A stretch of 64,000 nt of DNA from Candidatus Latescibacterota bacterium. Its GTDB lineage: Bacteria; Latescibacterota; UBA2968; UBA8231. The notes beneath the pieces are model-generated. The model was not told the DNA's origin, ran no database searches, and was given only the letters and a program-made list of their open reading frames with translations. This document shows, piece after piece, positions 39,555-47,468 of the stretch. Within the stretch, counting starts at the first letter, position 1. Each line of letters opens with the position of its first letter. The translations under genes were made by a program, and so were the position numbers. The stretch covers positions 2,944,001 through 3,008,000 of the forward strand of contig CBDFJF010000002.1 in the NCBI GenBank assembly GCA_965248265.1, given 5' to 3'.

Positions 39555-42368
39555 TTAGGTAGCAGCCGTCGTTGACGCCTGCGGAGCCGCGCACGCTTCA
39601 ACGCTGACCGGACAGACCTTGAGTTCTGCCGTCTGCGTCACCGGATCATAGCCCGCACCGGTGAGGATGTTGATGGGCGCCTCGTTGAAGCTGAAGCTCG
39701 TGAACACGGTGCCCCGAGGCGATTGTGTCGTCGCCTCAACCTTGACGTGGACGGAACCCCGTGCGCTCGAAAGCAGGCACCAACCACCGTCCTGCAATCC
39801 CCAGGCGGCCACGTCGTCGGGGTGGACCTCCAATGATTCCTCCGCCAGCAGATAATCAATGCCCGACGAACGTCCCGTCTGCGTGCGGGTGTGATAGGAC
39901 TGCAGGCGCCGGCCTGTCGTCAACCACACGGGGAAGCGGTCGCTGATGGTTTCAGCCGGATCCCGGTACTCGACAAGGCTGAAAATGCCCCGCCCGTTCT
40001 TGAACTCGCCTTCGTGCAGCACTGGCGTCCCCGGATGCCCCTTCTCCGGCACCGGCCACTGGTATTCACCGGCGTCGATGAGATCCCAGTCCAGGCCGGC
40101 ATAGACCGGAGATACGCTGCACAATTCGTTGAACACATCCTTCGCCTTTTCGAATTCGAATCCTTGGAATCCAAGTCGCTGAGCGATCTGGCACACGATC
40201 CACCAGTCTGGCTGTGCCTCTCCCGGAGCCGGAACCGCAGCGCGCAGCCGTTGCACCCGCCGCTCCGTGTTCACCTGCACTCCGTCCGTCTCACCCCAGG
40301 AAGCAGCGGGAAGGACGACATCGGCCAACTCACCCGTCTCGGTGAGAAAGATATCGATGACGACGAGGTGATCGAGGCTCTTCAAGGCATGTTCACAATG
40401 GTTTCGATCGGGGTCTGAAACCAGCGTGTTTTCGCCATCGATGAGCATGGCTTTGATCTGCTCGCCGCAGCGGTCGAGGGCGGTGACCTTGGTGATACCG
40501 CGCTCTAGGTCGATCTCCTTACCGTAGAGTTTCAGGAATTTCTTCTGGTTCTCAGGGTCATCAACCGGTTGAAAGCCGGGATAGTTGTTGGGTATAGCAC
40601 CGCTGTCGCCGGCGCCCTGAATGTTGTTCTGGCCGCGCATCGGATTTATGCCGGTACCCTCGCGGCCGAGGTTGCCCGTCATCAGCGCGAGGTTGCACAG
40701 GGATTGGACGTTGTCGACGCCGCAGATGTGCTCGGTGATGCCGAGGGTGTAGTAGATGGCGCTCTTGTCGACCTCGCCATACCACAGGGCCGCCTTTTCA
40801 ATGTCAGCTGCAGGGACCTCGGTAATCGTCGCGGCCCACTCCGGAGTAAAACGCTTTACATGCTCAAGAAATTCAACCGATTTGGTGGTGCGGCTGTCGA
40901 TGAAGTCGTCGTCGACGAGTCCTTCGCGGGCGATCACATGAGCCATGGCCAACAGCAGGGCGACATCCGAGCCCACCCTGATTGGCAGGTAGAGGTGTGC
41001 CATCTCCGCGAGCGGGATGTGTCTCGGATCGGCGACGATGAGCCTGGCACCCCGGGCAACCGCCTTTTTGATGCGGGTAGCGGCGACGGGGTGACACTCC
41101 GTCATGTTGGTGCCGATACAAAAAATCGTGTTGGGTTTCTCCATGTCGACGAGCGGATTCGACATGGCGCCTCGGCCTATCGTGGCTGCCAGACCGGCAA
41201 CCGTTGGAGCGTGTCAGGCACGGCTGCAATTGTCAACCTGGTTTGTGCCCAACCCCGCTCGAATGAGTTTCTGTATCGTGTAGGCCGCTTCAGAAGGGGC
41301 ACGGCCTGATGCGATTGCGTAGATGCTGTGAGGGCCGTCGCGCTCGAGCGCATTGGCGAATCCTGCCGCCGCACGGTCGAGGGCCATGTCCCAGGTAGCC
41401 TCGTGCAACTCACCGTCGTTGCCGCGAACCAAAGGCGTGGCCAGGCGGTCGGAGTGCTGGACGAAGTCGAAGGCGAACTGGCCCTTGACACACAGAGCCC
41501 CTTCGTTGGCCGGACCGTCCATAGCCGGGTGAATGCCGATGAGGCGGTCTTCCTTGGTCAGCAGGTCGACGGAGCAGCCAACGCCGCAGTAGGGGCACAC
41601 ACTGCGGGTTTTCTCGATCTCCCCAGGAAGGTCAGCGCCGCGCAACGCTTTCTTGTCAGCCAGCGCTCCGGTCGGGCAGGTTTGCACACACTGACCACAG
41701 AAGGTGCAGGATGAGTCCTTGAGAATGCCCTCGAATTCGGTCGTAATCTGGGTATGAAAACCGCGATTCATGATGTTGATGGCGTGGTCGCCTTCGCGCT
41801 CTGCACACACGCGCACACAACGGTAGCATGAGATGCACTGATCGTAGTCGCGCAAGAAAAATGGGTTGTCGTCTTCGACCTTACTTACCCCGGACTGCGC
41901 GCCCTGGAAGCGGCCGCCATTGGCATCATAGCGATCGACCAGCGATTTCAGCTCCTGCGAGGCATAGCCGCTGAGCGGATCGACCTCGAGCTCGCGGTTT
42001 TCGGAGACCACCATCTCCAACAGGGTTTTGCGGTATTGCTCTATGGGTTCCGTCTTCGTGCGCACGACCATACCGGCGGTGGCCGTGGTCGTACAGGAGG
42101 CAACCGGGTTGCGGGCCCCTTCCAGCTCGACAACGCAGAGCCGGCAGGCGCCAAACGGCTCCAGGCGGGGATCATAGCACAGGGTCGGGATCTCCATGTC
42201 CGGGCCTTGATCCCGCCGCCTCTCAGCGGCCTCGTATATGGTTTCCCCTTCGAGAAAACGGACTTCCTCGTCATCGATCCTCATCGCCAACCAGCTCGGG
42301 GAGCCGTTTCCACCAGCCGCCACGTCGATGCTACTGTTTGCCGTTGATTCGATGTCTGTCGTTGTCAT
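39555..42368 (-). CDS. fdhF: Formate dehydrogenase alpha subunit, selenocysteine-containing (937 aa, Sec385)
   Basis: ORFs 41214..42368 and 39555..41165 are in frame across one TGA (41214-16): DNCSRA-U-HAPTVAGL. Also CPYCGVGC, RGQNN.QG and N-terminal 2Fe-2S and 2x4Fe-4S motifs. Confidence 0.93.
41184..41202 (-). promoter_or_regulatory. Bacterial SECIS element
   Basis: GGUUGCC-GGUCU-GGCAGCC hairpin starting 11 nt after the UGA, closely resembling the E. coli fdhF SECIS. Confidence 0.85.
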
Positions 42369-42380
42369 GTCTGTCCTCGA

Positions 42381-44084
42381 TCACTCGCGGGCGTTGACGT
42401 ACTCCTTGACCCGCTCTGGAAAATACTTGAGAAGACTCTGCGTGATGTTGGGGGCTGCCACCCCCAGACCGCATGCGGAAGTCGACATCATGGTTTCTCC
42501 CATGTCCGTTACCTCACGACGCCACAGCTCCAGGTCACTGGGTCCAACCCGGTTTCCTGCCAAGCGCTCGGTCAACCGTTGTGTGCCGAGGCGGCAAGGA
42601 AAGCACTTGCCGCACGACTCCTCGGCGAAGAACTCCATGGCGGCGTGGGCGACTTCGATCATGTCTCGACTGTCGTCAAAGACCATGATGCCGCCAGCGC
42701 CGAGAAAGGATCCCGCGCCGCGGATACTGGGTTCGTCCAGCGTGACGTTGAGATCGTCGCCAGCCAGGAATCCCCCGGACAGACCGGCCATGGTCACGGC
42801 TTGGATCGAGTGGTTTTCATCGCTTGGACCACCGGCCCACTCATTCAGCAGCGTCTGCAGCGGCAGGCCCAGGGGAACCTCATAGTTGCCCGGGTGCATG
42901 ATGTCGCCGGAAAGGGAGATCAGTTTCGTGCCAGCATGGTCGCCCAGGCCGAGTCCTCTGTACCAGTTGGCGCCATGTTTGATGATCGGTGGCGCGGAGA
43001 CCAGGGTCTCCACATTGTTGACCACCGTCGGCAGGTTTTCGAAGCCATGAGTGACAGGGAACGGGGGACGGTTCCTTGGGAAGGGGTGTTTCCCCTCCAG
43101 GCTGTTGAGGAGTGAGCCTTCTTCACCACACACGTAGGCACCGGCACCACGACGCAGGTAAAGCTCGAAATTGAAATCGGAACCAAGGATACCTTCGCCA
43201 AGCAGGTTCTGGCTTCGGGCCTCCACGATCGCGGTCTCCAGGATTGCTGCAGTCTCCGGGTACTCGTAGCGCAGATAGATGAACCCCCGAGTGGCACCCG
43301 TCGCGTAGGCGGCCAACAACATGCCCTCGATCACGGCATGCGGATCGTAATCCATGATGGCGCGGTCCTTGAAGCATCCCGGTTCGCCCTCGTCGGCATT
43401 ACAGACGATGGACTTGGGCGTGCCATCGGCCTCAGCCACGGCTCTCCACTTCTGCCCGGTCGGAAAACCGGCACCGCCGCGTCCCGCCAACCCGCTCTCA
43501 GTAATCGTCTCGATGACGCCGTTAGGGTCCGACTCACGCACGGCCTGCTCGGTGGCTTCATACCCCCCCGTGGCTATGTACCCGCTCAGGCTGGACCGGC
43601 CGGGTTCACGCACGTGGGCAAACACACACTCCTCGCCGGCCGCGGGATTTGCAGACGGCAGAGGGGAGGGTGTGGCGCACAGGTTTGATGCCGTCTTACC
43701 AACAAGGACCTGGTGACCCCGCAATACGGGAATGGGCTCGTCGCAACGGCCGGCACAGGGCATCGGGGTGGCGCCGCTGTCTTCGAGGGACTTGAGCAGA
43801 CTACCCGATCCGTGCAGGCGGCACACGGGTCCGTCGCACACCCTTGGTGCGGTTTGCCCAGGTTGGTTGCGAGAGAAGTGGTGATAGAAGGTGACGGTGC
43901 CGAACAGCTCTGCCAGTGGTATGCCAAGCCCATCGGAAACTTCGCGCACGGCCTGATCGGAAATCAGTTGGTCGCGATCGTGATAGGCGTGCAGGGCGGA
44001 CAGCAGTGGTGCCGGTTGGTCGATCCAGCCGTCAATGAGACGGCCGTTTTCTGTTGATGAATCCAAGTGTGCTGTCACGTCCAA
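42381..44084 (-). CDS. Fused NuoE/NuoF-like (FdsG-FdsB) NADH-binding subunit of formate dehydrogenase
   Basis: TFY..F, CDGPVC...CAGRC (2Fe-2S), GRGGAGFPTG.KW, NADEGEPG.FKDR, GAGAY.CGEE, ESCGKCFPCR.G...C.LG. Confidence 0.92.
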   Translation of the reverse strand: MDVTAHLDSSTENGRLIDGWIDQPAPLLSALHAYHDRDQLISDQAVREVSDGLGIPLAELFGTVTFYHHFSRNQPGQTAPRVCDGPVCRLHGSGSLLKSLEDSGATPMPCAGRCDEPIPVLRGHQVLVGKTASNLCATPSPLPSANPAAGEECVFAHVREPGRSSLSGYIATGGYEATEQAVRESDPNGVIETITESGLAGRGGAGFPTGQKWRAVAEADGTPKSIVCNADEGEPGCFKDRAIMDYDPHAVIEGMLLAAYATGATRGFIYLRYEYPETAAILETAIVEARSQNLLGEGILGSDFNFELYLRRGAGAYVCGEEGSLLNSLEGKHPFPRNRPPFPVTHGFENLPTVVNNVETLVSAPPIIKHGANWYRGLGLGDHAGTKLISLSGDIMHPGNYEVPLGLPLQTLLNEWAGGPSDENHSIQAVTMAGLSGGFLAGDDLNVTLDEPSIRGAGSFLGAGGIMVFDDSRDMIEVAHAAMEFFAEESCGKCFPCRLGTQRLTERLAGNRVGPSDLELWRREVTDMGETMMSTSACGLGVAAPNITQSLLKYFPERVKEYVNARE

Positions 44085-44181
44085 CCGGTAGATGATGGTG
44101 AGGGTGAGGGTGGCCGACGCTGAAGAGTGGGTTGATCGGGTTCAATAATATAGGAAGAATGTCGAACCTCGGGGCAGGCAT

Positions 44182-44266
44182 AAAAAAAGGACGCCCTCCC
44201 GCATCCTCTTCCCTGGCGGGAAGCTGACTTGAGAAGGGCGCCCTAGGCGGGTACCACTCAGAGCTG
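44182..44266 (-). ncRNA. Candidate sigma54-dependent small RNA or attenuating leader (~85 nt)
   Basis: Begins ~12 nt after a -24/-12 box and ends in a 12-bp GC-rich stem plus U7. Inner hairpin CUUCCC-GCCA-GGGAAG. Confidence 0.5.
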
Positions 44267-44276
44267 TCACATACTT

Positions 44277-44292
44277 AGCAACGCGCATGCCA
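44277..44292 (-). promoter_or_regulatory. Sigma54 (-24/-12) promoter
   Basis: TGGCATG-CGCG-TTGCT, near-consensus with exact GG-N10-GC spacing. AT-rich, IHF-site-like tract upstream (44293-44360). Confidence 0.75.
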
Positions 44293-44608
44293 CTATTAAT
44301 ACCAAGTAATACTAAATTATATGAACTGATTGTTTTTAAAAGAGTTAAGGAATTTTAGTGGCAGCGTCGGTGGCGTTTTTCGCGGCGTTTTAATGCAAGA
44401 ATGACGAAAGAAACGAGCCATGTTTGCCAGCTGTGAGTAAATACGTCCGGTGGGACCGTGCATGAAAGGGCGTCGACCCATCAAGGCATCAATACAGCAC
44501 CGGCATGTCGTACAGCTGCCCACGTCACAGGGCGTTAAGTCGATTAAATGAGTCTGTTTTGGGTAACCTTGTCGAGGTCCTAAAACCGACGTAACCGCTT
44601 AGAATCAA

Positions 44609-44637
44609 TTGACATATAACACATGCCTTTCTATATT
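44609..44637 (+). promoter_or_regulatory. Sigma70 promoter
   Basis: TTGACA-N17-TATATT. Confidence 0.7.
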
Positions 44638-44689
44638 GCGGCATTGAAAGCGTCACTTGGCACAATGTCGGTTCACCAGAGTATTGGTC

Positions 44690-45001
44690 ATGATCTGGAC
44701 AATCGTTGCCGTTCTCCTCGTCTTGGGCGTCAAGTTTGTCACTTCGCTCCGGCTGAAGGATCTCAAAGTAAAATTCGAGGCGATTCAGCCTAAGATAGAC
44801 GAGTTGCGAACGGAGCTCGCCGTCGCCGAAGACGAGTTCGAAAGCCTGAAGATCAAAGAAGAGGCGACTCAGACGAGGTTGACTCACCTCAAAGGGATCG
44901 TGTCGTATCTGGAGAATCAGATCAAGGCTCCGGACAACACTGCGGTCCTTGATGAGCGTCAAACCGTTCTTGAGGCGGCTGCAACCGAAGAACCCGCCTG
45001 A
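44690..45001 (+). CDS. Small membrane-anchored coiled-coil protein
   Basis: MIWTIVAVLLVLGVKF TM segment followed by heptad repeats, downstream of a consensus promoter. Confidence 0.7.
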   Translation: MIWTIVAVLLVLGVKFVTSLRLKDLKVKFEAIQPKIDELRTELAVAEDEFESLKIKEEATQTRLTHLKGIVSYLENQIKAPDNTAVLDERQTVLEAAATEEPA

Positions 45002-45139
45002 GCCATTTCAACGATTTTAGTACCGCCTGCTCCCAGCCGACCCAACGTTCTGCAGCAGCACCCCACCCTCAGCCACCTCGTGATCCAACTGTCTGTCCAA
45101 CCTATATATATCGGTCCTCAGTCGATGAGATCGCTTTGA

Positions 45140-45898
45140 TTGAGCGATGACGATCGCATTAATACAACAATGACGGTCGCCGATTACAAGAGTCATTACC
45201 GCGCTGACGCCGAGTTCATTGAGGATCCGTCGCAGCTGTCTTCGGTGCGCCGGAACTCAGAGCGACGACGGCTACAGCGGATCGTGCGGATTCTGCGCCT
45301 GCGACCTGAAGACAGGGTCCTCGACATCGGTTGCGGTTCTGGATGGTTGGCGTCGATGTGCGCGGCACGGGGTGCCAGCGTCACTGCCACGGATGTGTCA
45401 CAGACCGGAGTCCTGGCGGCCCAGCACCGGTATCTCAGTGAAGTCAGGGCGTTCGCGGTCGGCGACGCCTACAACATGGGCCTGCGTTCGGGTTGTTTCG
45501 AGGTCGTCCTGCTTTCCGAGGTCGTCGAACACATGGAGGATATCCAAGCGGTTTTGCGGGAGGCCTGGCGTTTGCTGAAACCCGGCGGGCGCTTGCTGGT
45601 CAGTGTACCCAACAGCGAAACCATCGTTCAACACCTCTGCATACACTGCAATCAGCTGACACCGGCGAATGCCCATCTGCACCGATTCGAAGCAGATTCA
45701 ATACGTGCGCTGATAGAAGGGGAGGGTTTCAGGGTGCGGCAGCTTTCGTTGCTTACCAATAAGCTGCTGGAGTTGATCGCCTTCCCTCACTGGACCCGGC
45801 ACTGGCCGCATTGGGCCTGGTTTGCGTGTGACTGGCTCTGCAACCGAATTATCCGCAAGCCAGCTTTCCTGCTTGCTCTGGCCACACGAAGCAGCTGA
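45140..45898 (+). CDS. Class I SAM-dependent methyltransferase (glycan-locus type)
   Basis: VLDIGCGSG, SEVVEH, LLKPGG.L.VSVPN, CxxC then HLHRF. Confidence 0.9.
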   Translation: MSDDDRINTTMTVADYKSHYRADAEFIEDPSQLSSVRRNSERRRLQRIVRILRLRPEDRVLDIGCGSGWLASMCAARGASVTATDVSQTGVLAAQHRYLSEVRAFAVGDAYNMGLRSGCFEVVLLSEVVEHMEDIQAVLREAWRLLKPGGRLLVSVPNSETIVQHLCIHCNQLTPANAHLHRFEADSIRALIEGEGFRVRQLSLLTNKLLELIAFPHWTRHWPHWAWFACDWLCNRIIRKPAFLLALATRSS

Positions 45899-45899
45899 C

Positions 45900-47468
45900 A
45901 TGAGCAATACCGGGCGTGGTGGTCGTGGAGGACTCACGCGCCGGGTGGGCATCGTCGCGTGTGGGCGCGCCGCCAACGTCTTCAGTCTGCTCGCTATCAT
46001 CCCGATCCTGGCTGGAGCCTGGCCGAGAGAGGAGTTCGGTCTCTTCAGGGCAGTCTGGTTTCTAGGCAACACACTTGTGCCGATCTTTCTGGTCGGCCTT
46101 CCAACGTCGTTGTTGTATTTCTTTCCACGGGCGGGGTCAACGGGTCAACGATCTCTGGTAGTGAGAGCAGCCCTCGCCCTGGCCGCCTCGGGCGGTTTGC
46201 TTGTCCTGCTTCTGAACATCGCGGCTCCGCACGTGACGCCGATGCGGCAGTCACTCGGATATTTGGTCGATGCAACAGCGGGTGGGAGCAGTGACTGGGC
46301 GCCCATGTTGTATCCTTTCGCGCCCTACTTCTTCTCTCTGGTCGCCGGTGGATTTGCCGAGTCGACTCTGGTAGCAGCAGGTCGTCCGGCCCAGCAAGCT
46401 GTGCTGGCACTGGTAGGAGCTGCTGGGTTGGTTGCGGTTGCATCTTGTGGGGCTTTGCTGAGCGGTACCACTGTGCAAGTGGCAACCGGCTTGTCCGTGA
46501 TGGGACTTGCACGCATGGTCCTGGCCTACGTCATGGTGGCCCGAATCGTGGGCACAGGCTCGGCTCGGGTTCCGACGCCAGAAAGCGTGGGCGAATCCTC
46601 CATTCGGGAGCTGGTGCGGTACTCCATTCCGATCGCCATGAACGATACGGTCGGGGCCCTTTCACGGGCAGTCGATCGGGTGGTCATCGTCATCTTCTTT
46701 TCGATTGGGCAGTTTGCCATCTATGATGTCGGTGCCCTCGAGGTGCCTGTCAGTTTGTTGCTGGCGGCCGTAGTCACTGTGCTGATTCCCGAAATCAGCC
46801 GGCTCTCGTCGGCAGGTCAGCTGGACCAGATCGGAACTCTGTGGAGACAGGCGGTCGGTCGTCTGTCACTGATCACGATCCCCCTCTTTTTCCTGCTTTT
46901 TACTCATGCCGGCCCGATTATTGCCGTGTTCCTGAAGCCGGAGTACCAGCGGGCGGAGTGGGTATTCCGCGTGTTCCTATTGGCATTGCCGCTACGCAGT
47001 GCGATTTACAACCCCATTCTCGTTGGCATGGGGAAAGCCTCGTGGGCACTGTGGGGTGGGGTTGGCGATCTGGTGTGCAACATCATCCTCAGCATCGCTC
47101 TGGTGCACCTATTGATGAGCCAATGGGGTACCGAGTGGGCGATCCTGGGGCCGGCATTCGCAACCGTGGTCTCTACCTATGCTCAGGTGGTGGTTCTCGT
47201 CCTGTTGATCGCCAGGCATCTTCACTGGCCTGTGTCGGAGCTGATGCCTTGGGCGCAACTGCTGAGGACCACGGCTCTGTCTCTCTGTGCGGCTGCGGTC
47301 AGCCTGATCCTGAGTCAAATGCTGGAGCAAGCAGCGGTCAAACTGGCTATTGGGGTGTTGTCATTTGCATTCGTGATCCTGGCCGTGAGCTGGATGCATG
47401 CTGGCCAACGCGAGGAAATCAGGTCCCTGTTGGTCTCGTTGAGGAACCGGCGTGAGCTTGAGCCATGA
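45900..47468 (+). CDS. Oligosaccharide flippase (Wzx/MOP family)
   Basis: About 12-14 hydrophobic segments, EFG, GLP.SLLYF, YS.P, DR..I, A.Y..GA. Confidence 0.8.
   Translation: MSNTGRGGRGGLTRRVGIVACGRAANVFSLLAIIPILAGAWPREEFGLFRAVWFLGNTLVPIFLVGLPTSLLYFFPRAGSTGQRSLVVRAALALAASGGLLVLLLNIAAPHVTPMRQSLGYLVDATAGGSSDWAPMLYPFAPYFFSLVAGGFAESTLVAAGRPAQQAVLALVGAAGLVAVASCGALLSGTTVQVATGLSVMGLARMVLAYVMVARIVGTGSARVPTPESVGESSIRELVRYSIPIAMNDTVGALSRAVDRVVIVIFFSIGQFAIYDVGALEVPVSLLLAAVVTVLIPEISRLSSAGQLDQIGTLWRQAVGRLSLITIPLFFLLFTHAGPIIAVFLKPEYQRAEWVFRVFLLALPLRSAIYNPILVGMGKASWALWGGVGDLVCNIILSIALVHLLMSQWGTEWAILGPAFATVVSTYAQVVVLVLLIARHLHWPVSELMPWAQLLRTTALSLCAAAVSLILSQMLEQAAVKLAIGVLSFAFVILAVSWMHAGQREEIRSLLVSLRNRRELEP

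Noticed and set aside
39555-42368. Split gene or pseudogene for FDH
   Set aside because: The in-frame UGA sits at the catalytic ligand position with a SECIS, so selenocysteine is the better explanation.
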